Origin: Tubulanus polymorphus
Lineage: Eukaryota > Animalia > Nemertea
Length of the DNA: 64,000 nucleotides
NCBI RefSeq assembly: GCF_964204645.1
Contig: NC_134025.1
Location: 22,114,299 to 22,178,298, forward strand
Direction of reading: 5' to 3'
Within the stretch, counting starts at the first letter, position 1, and each line of letters opens with the position of its first letter. Below are positions 27,138-40,187 of this stretch, piece by piece. The position numbers and the translations under genes were made by a program. Below the pieces are notes generated by a model that was not told where the DNA came from, searched no databases, and saw only the letters and a program-made list of their open reading frames with translations.

Positions 27138-27201
27138 GAATGATACTCGATATATGACTGTCGTGTTTATATAATGTGTACATGTGATGATGGTTTATTG
27201 G
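27138..27201 (-). promoter_or_regulatory. Core promoter: CCAAT (about -60), TATATAAA (about -30), Inr TCATTC (+1 = 27141)
   Basis: CCAAT 27201-27197, TATATAAA 27173-27166 and TCATTC 27143-27138 at canonical spacing, with the ATG 36 nt after +1. Confidence 0.65.
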
Positions 27202-27554
27202 TTGATGATGTTGATGGGTGTGGAAATATATACATCCGTATCCTTTGTCGAGTGGCATCAATCGTTTAACACGTGACTGAAAGTTGCAGTCAATTGTCAC
27301 ACATTCGACTGTAGCTCTGCACGTAAGGTACCGCCCTACGGTATCGATCCGAATATCTCATACGTTGAAATAAATCTGCATCGCTCTGAAATTGATTCAG
27401 AATCGTTTTAAACTTTTAAAAGCCCGCGGTAGAAGGTCTCGGCCTCGGCAATACGAATCTATCAAACGCAAATATCATATTCCAGATAGTTGAACGCGAC
27501 TACGGCAATGAATGTATATATGCCTAATTCTAAGCAGCCAATTGCAGAGAAATC

Positions 27555-27706
27555 ATCAGAGAATTTATTTCGAAGAGATGAAATGAAATTCCATTCTAAT
27601 TCATAGCTGCAGACTCGTAATGTTTAATAAAGCTTATCAGAGAATTAATTTTGAGGAGAAGACATGAAATTCCATTCTAATTCATTGCTGCAAACTGGTT
27701 ATGTTT
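27555..27706. repeat. Diverged tandem duplication, period about 81 bp
   Basis: ATCAGAGAATT...ATGAAATTCCATTCTAATTCAT(A/T)GCTGCA...ATGTTT occurs twice. Confidence 0.85.
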
Positions 27707-28382
27707 CGACACGGCGATCTTTGGTCGGTTATGAAAAAATGTATCCAAAAAAAAGAAAAATTGATTATCATTTCGTTCATGTCATTTAATGGGCGTCATT
27801 AGTCGACAACGCATGTTTAATTCCCAGTAAAAATCCACGTTTTCAGCTGGATTTAACATAACGCTGCTTGACGTCGTGAGCGTTGACGCTTCGGCGTTCA
27901 TTATATCAATGGCCGTTAATTGGGAGGACGTGGAAATTTGCAAACACTGAAACTGTTGAATTAAACAGACCGTACCTGCTGCGTTCTTTTCATTCGCATT
28001 CGATAAAAACCAGCTAGATTTTACATGAGAACCAGTTATGTTCGTCGCCATCGTCATCTCGCATAGAGGAAAAAGTGGGAATTAATCTGTACGCGCCTAA
28101 TAATATTTCGATGCTCAAACCTCAAAAGTCAATATCGTTTTGATTCCCGCAAAACTAAAGCGACGTTGTATCTCGGCGCGTCTTGCAGCCGGGTTCGAGA
28201 GACGATGTATTTTCATTCCAAGGCTGACTTATTCGATACGATTAGATTTTTGCCTCGTTCCAGCTCGTGTCAGGGCATATTAGGTGAAAAAGATAAGCCG
28301 AACTACCAAATTTGAAAATCGATTCAATGAAATAGTATCATTTCGACTCTAGTCTAGCAATTCATTAAGATACAGTTCCTTA

Positions 28383-28572
28383 GGCTGAAAAAATTGATAC
28401 CTTGCTTCTCATTTCTGTTGAGCTTAAAAGTTATCCCTATACATTTATACTTTCTTTAAAATCGTGATCAAGCTTATCATAACAGACCATGACTATAGAA
28501 ATCCACTGATTACAAATTTGATTGCAGCTTACAAAATGACCCGACCGACCAAGCTATCATTTAATTTTAGCC
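28383..28572. mobile_element. MITE family B (Harbinger-like, TTA TSD)
   Basis: TTA|GGCTGAAA...TTTTAGCC|TTA; homologous to 47049-47268. Confidence 0.75.
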
Positions 28573-31500
28573 TTAGACGGTGATTAATCGGTTAATTGAA
28601 AATGAGCTAACTTTGATAGTGAAAACTTGATCGGGGACTGTGGGCCCTGTGACCGACAGCATGTCTATGGGACTAAATAGAATGCGAAAATAAGTACCAT
28701 CCAATCGATGCAACGATTAGACTGTGATCAATCTATTCTAACCACGTGTGTCTCGTATTTTCAATTCGTTTGCAGTTACTTAGCCAAGAAAAAAGTTCCT
28801 GCGGCAAAAACATACATAAGATCACTCACAAAAGTTTCATATAAGAAAGGTCGATGCAACTTGAAAGTTCATGCTTATGCTTGCATGTTTCTCATTTGAT
28901 ATCGGTTCGCGAAGAAATTGGCAATCCATATACAGAAAGAAAGTAATTTGCCTCCGAGTGGTATTTCTGTAACTTGAGTTTGGAATCAAGAATAATTTCT
29001 TCTATCGATTTGTCGATGTTGAATCGAGTATTTTTGGTTATATTTCGAATTATCGCGGAAAGGTCAGAGAACGATTGGCGAATATAGGTATAAGTGGGGA
29101 TGTATAGACTATATAAACAATTCATTTTCGTATTTCTATGAGAGCTTCGTTCGCTATGCAACTATCCGCCTCAGAAATGACGTAATAACCAAAATCTCGC
29201 GAAAATAGCTTAAATTGCAGGTCATAGTTGTAAAAAACCTAGATAAATATCAAACGTCATTTCTAAATCAAATTCAAAAAGTCGTGGATGAAAATAAGAA
29301 AATTAAATCTATATTTGACTTAGTTTTAGTTGAATCAAATACAGGTAGTGTAAGTGCAAAAATTGAAAAATTAAAATTGAAATGAAATTTGATTTGAACT
29401 TCGATATAAATTTAATCAACATACTGAAATGTAATGAAATCGTTGCGGTAGCTTTAAGTAGATCTGTGGAATTCAGGGCTCAAGGGTGGCCACTGGCTCG
29501 AAGCCGGTGATAAGCTCGTGGTATATGAGAAAATAAATTCAAACTGAGTACACTTTATTTCCCGATTATGTCACTTCCTACAATCAAAGATAACCGGATA
29601 ATTAGATTAAAAACAGTGGGTTGAAATGAAACAAATTGTTCGGCTAGGTCAATTTGGAAACCCCCCCCCCCCCCTCCCCCGGGTTTGCAAGCAGGTATCG
29701 CTTACGACGCAGACAAAGAAACGTTTTAGGTCCGTTTTACTTTAAAAACTGACAAGACAAAAGCGATAGGATTTGCGGTTCAGTGGCTTCAGGATGGAAC
29801 TGATCCGAGTCGCGCGCAGGAAACACAGTATAACAGACGATTATCCTATCATTTTTGCCTCACAGACCTTTGTTCCACTATTACGATTGCAGGAAATGTA
29901 TCTTGAAACACACATGATATACGAAATGTTTCGAGCTACACTTGATTTTTGTATTTAACTCGTCGGTAATTGAATTTTCGAGTAAATTGCGAAATCACAA
30001 CCATTGTTCTGGGAACTCATCGCGGGATACTGACTTGATAAAGCAGCCCGGGCAGAAGGGACGTTCACCAAATCTTCTCCACAAAAACTCACAATTGGAC
30101 TTGCTTTCAGCCTGCGGGCGTGGCACGTGCTATCATCTTAATTTTCCCGGAGGCCGAGGGACACGATAATAGCATCCCGTGTAAGTGGTAGTTCTCGGGA
30201 ACGTATCATTACTCTATCATCTACACAAAAGATGCTACAATCTATCCACAAACTTAAATGGTTTTCGGAGTTTTTTTTCCAGTTGATTGCCAATATGCGA
30301 CAAGGTACCATATAGAGCGCTAGTCTGTAATTACAGAGATAATACTTACACACGCCCTAAGTCAGTTGCACTAGTTCTCAGAGAACCATGGTATCTCTAA
30401 TACGCTTCAGAGACCACATATCGCAAATGACTTATACACCTCTCTTGCGAAAACTTAAAAACGATGCCGCAGGTTCGTAATATTGATACATTAGCAACAA
30501 CTGCTTAATACTTAGGTAGATAAACGGCAACGCAAAAAAGTATCGTTTATTTCATCAACTGATACTATATTCGGCAACCTCAGCTAAACGAGAAGACTCG
30601 ATCATAAATGTAGTATAGTTTCAGAGAGGAAGGACATCAGAGAAGTCTTCATCATCGTCGTAGTCGATGCGTACTAAACCTACTCAAGGGGATTTTTCTT
30701 TGTGACAAATGCTACAGATCTGTTCAAACAGAGAAATAACGATTAAAACCTCGGTTCGCAGTTCGCGTTGTTGTCATAAGATTATTTTCGACGGGATTTT
30801 CTGGTGATGGGTGCCGTGTCGCGTGTTTGCGACCCGGTCTCCGATTTCAGCCGACGCAAACACCGCTAGGCGGGAATCTACACCCGGCGACACGTGACCA
30901 ACACTGCGGCGAAGATTGTAACAACAACCCGAAAATAAAATCGTTTTTCATTTCGCTTACCTACAAAACCTATGGTGACAAATCTATTATTTTCTAGTCT
31001 TTTGAAATAATTTAACGTTATAAGCTATACATTCATTACAATATGGATATCTTTTCCACATACTACATCCAAATATTAAACGGCATACGCCTTATTTATA
31101 TGAGTAACGTATATTTTATTGTACAAATTCGTTTCAAGCGAAAATCTATTTGAATTTAACTAGCCACTCTTGAACGAAATATCTATATTTAACGCTCACA
31201 TTTTCAAAACAATCTTCTATATTCGAGTTGTAAGAAGAAAGATCTCGTCTCCAGCATACGGTAATTAAAACGTCGATTTCATTTAGCCTCCTACCAAGCG
31301 CGGCAATATATCGCGTGTATTATCGACAATCTAATCAAGAGAAGACCGAACGGGAGAGCTGGGTAGAACAATGAAAATACCATATACGTTATACAGTTTT
31401 TACGTTTGAATAAAGTTTAATACATAAACGCCCAACAACTAAAATAACTGCTGATGAGACAAAGGCCAAACAAACCGCCGGGTACTGTAGACCGTATCAG

Positions 31501-33175
31501 AAGATGTGCTTACGCGCTCTTCATCGAAAACTGATATCAATAGATCTAATCGTATTTTGTAAAATAATCATATATTGATATAATTAAAGTCACGAAATTG
31601 TCGTAAAGAATCATCACTGATTTAAGGTAGTGTGTTATACCAGGTGGTCGACTCAATGGCTTTCTTTTGATTACCTTTGTATAAGATTGTATATGCCTGA
31701 TTTAGGCTACCAACCCTGAACATTTTTGTAAATACATATTTTGCAATTTCATCTTATCTTATCGTCTCCTGACAATTGCTAATATTCAATCTAGGCGAAT
31801 ATCAATGATATAATATACTTAGCATGAAATAGAAAAAGTGCCTCACAAGAAAAAATTTAAGTATCACGTCATGATTCTTACATAACTGTTGTTTTATGGG
31901 TGGAACCTCCTATAGTCGTCGTTTTTCTTCAACTCAAAATCATTGCTCCACCACATGTCATCAAATATTTCTAATGTATATATACATATAAAATGAATAG
32001 GAGCAGCGCGAGCGCGTGGCAATCGATTCGAATCGTATAGTTTCAAAAAACATCAGAACTGAACTTTGGCACACTGAAAAAAAGCCTGCAACAGGCTAGC
32101 ACTGTCGGTGGTTTGATGAGAACTGCTGCATATGTTTAGAGCCCGCGGCAACCAGTAACCACCCATCGGACGCAGTGACGCCCGATTTCAATTGCCTTTA
32201 TTTACGACTAGATCGTTTAAAATTATGAATAGATAATAGGAATTAATAAAAACACCATTTTAAGCTAAAGCGGCGCATGTACCGAATATAATAGTCGCAT
32301 TGTTTGGCAACGTAGGTTTTGTTACGTTTGTTCGGTTGTCGGTATTTTCAACAAGATATTACTCATGTACGTTTATCGCGATCGTTCAGTTTTGATAAGT
32401 TAGAACATGGCGTCGTTTAAGAGTCCATGCTCAGAATTGTCTCGAACATTTCTTTAAAAGGAAGATATTTTTTCTAGGTAACGTGTGACAATACGACAAC
32501 GAATTAAATAAGGCACCGGGGATGAGGTTCTCACATAAATTGAAACAAATAGTAACGAGTATATATTACATTGAACTGAAATGTTAACAAGATGAACTAG
32601 CATCGGTCACAGTGGAAAATCGTCATAGATCTCTGTTTCTAAATTCGAAATCTAAAAAAATTTGCTATATCAGTGAATTTTACGATCAGAATGTCTGCAG
32701 ACTGTACTAATCGATAAACCGAAAAAAGAAAACGTATAAATGAGAAGAATTAATTAAACTTTACGTCGACTTCCAAATCTAATATAATTAGATATCAATT
32801 ATGTATACATTTATATGTACATATGTTTCTATTAACCGATTATATTAGGATATAAAAAATTTGCTTACATGTTTATACGTATATAATTTATATATGTATA
32901 TATGAATATATATATGTATATAGTTCAGATGAATTTTTGTTCGCTGAGTCTATCTTTAAAAAAGTGAATTAGAATGCGATTTGATTCGGATTTGACAATT
33001 CACATTATAATACGAGCCGAATTTAACGCGTTCGTGACGTCATTCATCTTGTTACGATGTTATGAGCACATAATTCACAACAAGATGGGTTCATCTTGAT
33101 GTTCATCTTGAAACGAGAGTCGCCTACAGCAACAGGCAAGTATTTTTGAGGAGCGCCTGAAGGGCTGCAACTTAC

Positions 33176-33250
33176 CTTCAAGATGCCGAGCGTTTGCCTC
33201 CCGTCTCCGAGCGAAGTGGCATAGCTCTGGGGAGGAGACTTATATACCAT
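33176..33250 (-). CDS. Candidate alternative first coding exon of NK2.2 (MVYKSPPQSYATSLGDGRQTLGILK)
   Basis: GC-rich 75-nt ATG ORF ending at consensus phase-0 donor AAG|GTAAGT; Sp/KLF-type box GGGGCGTGGC at 33470-33461. Confidence 0.45.
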
Positions 33251-34286
33251 TCTGTCAGGCCTGTTTACTTAGCGGATGAAATATTCCTGTCTCAGGATCG
33301 GATTTATTCGAGATAATGATTTGTTTTAGCGTTTATGTAAAGTCAACCATATGCAACGGGGTTTTTGCTGTAAATCGATCCAGAAAGAGGAAACGCCGGT
33401 TTAAGCCCCTACTTGATGCTCTCTTACGCGGAAAGCGCATAAAAGCAGCTTAAAACGACAGCCACGCCCCCTGGCTGTGGATTATTCGGGGCCGTCGTCG
33501 TCGTCGTGTTTTAACGACGCAAACTTTCTAAACGTTTTTAGAAAATCGATGTACCTAAAGCAAAAGTTTTAGCGCGTATCTACTAATAAATTTTCGATCT
33601 AATGAATTTAGGATCGTGTAACATTGCAAAAAAGACGCACCCATAGACGAACATTTCGAGTTGTGCACCACACCCTTTATCGGCTCATTACGAATTATCT
33701 TTGAAGTTATTCATAAATTGTTTCAAAAATATTCTATTTTAAATTGTCGGTTTCATCTTGTTAGCTTTAACCGCATTAGCGCGTGTATTCATATGTATAA
33801 CAAATACTCAATGAAAAACTTCGACGCCAGTTCTAATGAAAAGAGTTCTTTTATTCGAACGTCGATTCACAGCCCACGAGATCGAATCCAGGTAGTAACC
33901 AATTACTTTTAGTCGATATTCTTCTCTATTACTTTTCATACAAAAAACCCTTGCTTTTATGTATAGATTATAATTGCATTAAAAAACCCTCTAATCCAGG
34001 GCCGAACAAGCATTTGAATTTCGGAGGGAGCAAGGAAACCCAAAGAATTTAGCATTTCTATTGGATATAATAGTAATATTTGCAAAGTGTTCACTTTTCC
34101 CAAATTTCTGATTGGATGGGGGCAACTTCCCCCTGCTCCCACAATTTGGTTGTGTGGTGTACTTCGTTTATATATTGAGTTTTAGGGCGGTACAGACACA
34201 TTACATTCGAAGCGAGGCAATGCCAGCTCTGTGACGTGAACGCCGTGAAAGCGAATTCCACTTTGACATAGTATATCCGACATATA

Positions 34287-34619
34287 AGCGGCGATCACAC
34301 GGAGAAGATTTGGCCTGGGCCAAAATGGCACCCATCGGGCTCGGGCCAAATTTGGCACGTGCCTAATTAGAGAGCGCGTTCACACGCAAACCATTCACTC
34401 GATACTCTACAATGCTCAAACAAAGCGAAGTGGATCATTTCTGGTGCTAGTTGCAATTCAAATGTAATCATTTGTCTGGTGCTAAAATTAGGCTCGGGCC
34501 TGGTCCGACGTTTTTGGTCGGGCCAAATTTGACCCGGGCCAAACAGGCTCGGGCCTATTTGGCACCCGTGTGAACAGTTGTTCCGGGCCCGGGCCAAAAA
34601 TGCACGTGTGATCGCTGCT
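34287..34619. mobile_element. MITE family C with internal GGGCC repeats
   Basis: 14-bp TIR AGCGGCGATCACAC / GTGTGATCGCTGCT (13/14 match); ATA flanking duplication; many (C/T)CGGGCC subterminal repeats. Confidence 0.8.
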
Positions 34620-37600
34620 ATAGGCACCTTAGAAAGAATCTTAGAAAGAATCTTTTAGATGAAATTCAACCTTTGTTGGCAGGGAGTTGACCTGACATTA
34701 GCTCAAATATTCATCATCGTGTCAAACTTTCAATTGCAGAGGAACTCACTTTTATTTACTTGAACTACTATGTTTTGTTATATAGAGAATCCCACACTTA
34801 TATAACGAACGATAAAGTCCGAAAAGTACCTTTTTAGCTATCCTAATAGTCATCTTCAGGAATACTGTCTGAAACAAATACGGGATATGTATACAAGCCA
34901 TCGAGAACAAAAAGAGACAATTCAAGTAATTAAAGTTGAAGCAAACTAGGGGTACTGCGTCATAGAACAGTTACATGCTAAACAAATTAAAAGAAGGCAA
35001 ATTAGGGGTTAGTAATCAAAAACAGTTTACAGTTTACAATAGTGAATATAAGTAGATTGAGTGACAATAAATGAGTGGAGTATAACTAAAGCAAGGGAAT
35101 GAACGAGGGATAAAATGACACATTAGAGTTTAACCAAATTGCATAGAAATTTAGAATAGATTTATAGCTGAAAGGAAAGTTTTCGGACTTCATCTTTCGT
35201 TACATTAGTGTGGTATTATTCGCTATATATCGTCACAACACGGACAACACGGTGTTTCACCAATTACTTATACTGTGTTTTATATTTTTAAATGAATAAT
35301 TCTAAAAAGAACTGTGATTGGCAAACCTATGCTAATCAATTTTTGTTGTGTGTCTAGAGTGACTTGTGAATTCACCTTGGACGCAGGTTATAGTCACACA
35401 TCTTATGTATTCATATTGCATTTGTCAATAAAATTAGTGAATGAAATGAAATAGAATGAATGATGAAATGTAATTTTGCTGAATATCGGGCAATAAAGTT
35501 CTCCTTTACAACGAAATGAAATCCAACGACAGAAAAACTACTAAAACGACATACGATTCCATATTTGATTTTGTCTTCACTAATGGAATATAAACAGAAT
35601 TGCGGCGATTTCCGTAGGTTTGGTTTCCTCGAAGGAAATGCTATCGTCAGCTTACGCAGACCGGGATATCGCAGGTCATCCTTCAAATCATCCGCAGTTC
35701 ATGCGAGAAATCCATCGAATAAATCACGGACAAACGATTTTCCCTTTTTTAGTGTCCATGATCATATCGTGTTTTCGGGTTGCTTTGCCAATCGGATTGA
35801 GATTTTGGAAAGGCTGAAAAATAAGGGAAAGTGAAATCATCAAAATTCAAGCGAATTGTCGATCAAGAAGATAGTGTATCTGAACGGACATTTTGTTGTT
35901 TCTATTAGGTTCTTTTTAGGTGTTTTAGGTTTCTATTAGGTCTATTGGGCGGCAACGCAACGAAACTATATTTCAAACATGTTACTGTGACGTTTACATA
36001 TTGCGGGTTTTCAGTGAACAGTAGACTGTTCGACTAGAAATCGCCATTATCGCTGAATTTCCGGTGATTTCGGCATAAATCAAAACCATGTTTTCCTGAC
36101 GAAACGTCGAGTGCTTTGTAAATATACCGAACGTTTATTGGCCGAGAAGTTAATGTCAGCGAACACCGGCAAAAACCGACATCTTAGCCTGACTTATCAC
36201 TATAGCTTATCTCTGAATAAACTTATCGATTCATCTGCGGCTTTACGCACACACAAAACGAAATGACTAAACGGTCCTGTTGAATAAACTAAGTTAACCG
36301 ATGGAGTCTTTGCGTAATGGAATAACTGGCGGTAATATAGCTAATAATAACATATCCCCGTAAAGATGAACCGAGAATTCGGACCGTTCTATTTCGGTTT
36401 TTTTCTCTTTCTAACGGGAAAGTGAATGGCACCATTATGTCTCTCTTATAAACGTATCATATCGTCTGCAAATCGTATCAATAATCTTCCAGCGTTGTAT
36501 TCGTAACTTTCTATTGGCGCCGATTGTAGCCGACAACATTTTACAAAACGCATTTCCCGCGTTTAATTGCGCGCGGAAGAAACGTCCCGTGGCTATTTTG
36601 TCGTCGCTGAAACCGAACCCGACTAGTTTTTGTGATTGCTAATAAAGCGCTATTACTTAAAACGATCGATGTCTTCTGCTATTGTCGGATGACTACCGAG
36701 ATGACGCTGATGGACGCTCTTACCGCTAGCAAGAGCGGTATCTTAAAGCGATATGTTAATAATTACTACGAATGCGGTGTCGTACATTGGCGGACAAAGA
36801 CTTTCTAATCTTCGCGGCGATATTCTTCGCTGTTGGAGTAATGGGTATATGAATGAAGATTATTGCGCGGGACACTGAATATCACGACGAGCGTATCGAT
36901 CACCTTATCATTCGCTGTTTAATTGACTTTAAACGCGAGTTACCAATGAGGTTGACTAATCATTAGAGTGGAATGATACGAGCTTCGTGCGCGCGTGGCG
37001 CATACAAACATGATATTAAAAATATCGATAATTCCTCTAAGAAGTAACTATATCGGGAGTTATTACATCGTTTGTATACAGCCCATCAATTCATTAAAGT
37101 TAATTGAAATGTGTCACGTGAATTATGTTGAACACTTCCGTTCTAAAACTGTCGAACTTGACAGTGACATATTTCGATCTAGATTGAAATGAATCGAAAA
37201 CATGTCGGACCTTTTCGTATAATATTTAATCATGATATGATCAACCAAATTACTAAAAACTGTATAACATTTCATGGGCATATTTAGGGGGTGGTCACGA
37301 CAGTCGGGACCCTTGCCTTCCAATTGAGGTTATCCTTTTCGTCATGACAAAGATAGTTAAAACCTGCAAATTAGTCACTCATCCTAGAAATTTTGCATCT
37401 TTTAGGATGCATTTCGTCACAAAGTTATCTTAACACCGAGGGTAAAACCCGCTTGTGGCCTTCGACATGGCTGCTTTATCCGAGTTATGCCTTTTCATTC
37501 TTTCCGGGCCCCGGCCTTCTGATTTTCATGGAGCTGCCCGTATTTGTATTGCGTTGGGAAAAAAACATAACTTCAATCAGCAACCGTGAACACAAGTTTT

Positions 37601-38335
37601 GCTCGGCTTCCAATCGTATTTCAAATGACGATGAACTGATTCGACCCGCAGCCGTAGAGTTGTTGATGTCTTTAAAGTGTCCTCAATGCTTAACGCCATG
37701 GTACACGATCAAAGTGCCACTGTCAAGCATCGCAATAACGAGATTTTTTTTTTTAGAAAAAAAAATTCTCCGATCAAAAAGAGCGAGTGATAAGAAATCA
37801 AAAGAGTGAGGATAACTGACTTCTGGATGAGACACACCTTTTCACACCTTCTTAATCTGCGTCTCGAACGAACCCCATGACAATTACTACAATCAATTGC
37901 CTCGGGATTAAACGGTAGCGTTTGTTATTTTTAAGTAGGGACTTAAGTTGCGTTTAATTGCGCCATCATCAAACGTAGGCTTCATTTTGTAAACTTTGAT
38001 TTTGAATTATTTGAGAGCGGCTTGCGCCTTACGAGAGTGACACACGCAATCTGAAAATCGATACGCTTCTATAAACCATCGTCACGCATTTACCCAATCA
38101 AAGTAGGTTGATGATGAACTATAAACTCCATTAAAAATAGTAAGAAAAGCCGCCGAAAACCAACGACTTAGACGCGTCAGGTTGCCCCGTGCGTTGTGGC
38201 TTGATATTCGATCATGGACTTTGGCCCCAGGGTAAATAGCAGAGTTGAATGTAAAACTGACGAGTTCCACTCTTAAGTCTCAAGTCCACTGAAAAATAAG
38301 TAGAAATTTACTCAAAAGTTATATCGACACACACT

Positions 38336-38488
38336 CAGGGCCGTACCTAGCGGGGGACAGTTGCCCTCAGACATTTTGGAAAAGTGCCCTTTTTACAGAT
38401 ATCATCGTTAGGCCTATGTCCAATAGAACTGCCCTTCTTCGGGTTACCCTGCCCCCCACCCCATATTGAAATGCTAGGAACGGCCTTG
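38336..38488. mobile_element. MITE family E (CAGGGCCG termini, possibly hAT-type)
   Basis: CAGGGCCGTACCTAGC...GCTAGGAACGGCCTTG; internal GGAAAAGTGCCCTTTT is shared with about 17025-17172. Looser relatives at about 7766-7900, 33997-34140, 48330-48590, 53692-53790 and 56268-56557. Confidence 0.65.
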
Positions 38489-40057
38489 GTACGGTCTGTA
38501 AAATCGGTCTTATAAGGGTCAAACTCTAGAGCAATGAGCGAACAGGGCCTGTGATCTATTCCGATCTTTAGATAACGATATATAAGGCACAATAACAGAC
38601 ACTAACACAAAAGAAAAAGATGCATATACAAATATATGTATTTAAGTGATGTGAAAATATTGATACAATTTAACGCCTTGCGCCAATGGGAAATGGAATT
38701 CTAAGATGGATTCTAAATTTCATGCGTGTGATTCGGCAACGTGTGGGCTTTCAAATAAATCGCTTTATTTCTTTATGCATCGAATCACGTAATGTACATG
38801 ATTATATATCCGTAGAAGGATTTTTAATATATCAATAAATTACGTCCGCATATATACATTTATATAATACATTTATTTAGATGTATATACAAACGAAGCC
38901 ATTTATTCATAATACATTTGGTTATCTGTAATTGCGAAACTGAAATAAACGGCGAGAAATTCAACTAATGCTTTCTAACGCTATTATCTGGGGGCATTCT
39001 GCGGCTGTTCTAGTTCGGATTTCATATCAATGTAATTCGTCGTGTCGCTCTTGGTAATTTATCACTTAAGAAAAGTGCATATGTATATATGTATATATGC
39101 ATGTATTTCGTTTGAGAAAAATCAAATTGGAATCACCTGCGCATAAAGGTGTAGCGACTAAAAAAATACGTGTATGAAATATCTGATATATCAAACGAAT
39201 ATGGTTAACGCGAGCTTTTATCACAGATCAAAGCTCGTCACGTTCATCAAAGCGACTCTCTTAAGATCCATTTTACGCTATAGCGCGGGGTATATCTGTC
39301 CTACGCGAAAATAAAATGAAGCTCGATTACATTCAGCGCGTAGAAATTTACATATTCTGAAGAAAAAGAATTGTTTAGTTGTCGAATGATTCGATGAAGA
39401 TTCAAATTGAAAGCTACGTATTCGCTGGCTTGATCAAGTTGGAATGATCGCTTGAGTGGAATGATATAGTAATTGATTGACATTATGCATATAACAAAAA
39501 GTATCTAGAAAAAGGTACTTTTTGTAATGCGCTAGTACCGAGAGCCTCGCGGAATAGAAATTGGCGGCGGCGTTTTCTGCCTGGTCACACAACTATCAGT
39601 ACGACTCATTACCTTCGCATTATATATGTTACATAAAACACGACTGAGTGGTGAATCGGTATCATATAAACTCTCACATGACACGTGTAGATATCGCGTG
39701 ATAATTCGAGATTTGTCTTTGTGATGTGCGTGACTTCGTGCTGGGCACGTGGCGCGCTACCAGTTTTGATTGGTTATTGGCCAAAGCGGCCGTAATCGGT
39801 CCATTTGTCTCTCCGTCAGACGAAGGCCTCATATAACACTTTCACTTTATTGTAGCAATTCTTGCCGTTTGCTGATGCTTACTGATGCTTATTTTACTCC
39901 TTTTTAATTACTATACGCTTACCCAACCGTCAAATGTTTGCCATTCAAAGTCAAAGTCATGGAAGCTTAGCATTGTCATTGGTGACTAATGTGATGATGT
40001 GATGATGTGATGAGTAACATAAAGTAACATAATGAAAATACTTTTGATTCCCTTCAA

Positions 40058-40187
<130 letters not shown>

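Noticed and set aside
22405-39625. Other minus-strand donors (about 22410, 23725, 31672, 36722, 39612) as NK2.2 first exons
   Set aside because: For those traced, the phase-0 frame hits a stop before an ATG or the nearest ATG ORF ends in phase 2, so they do not join the constant exon in frame.
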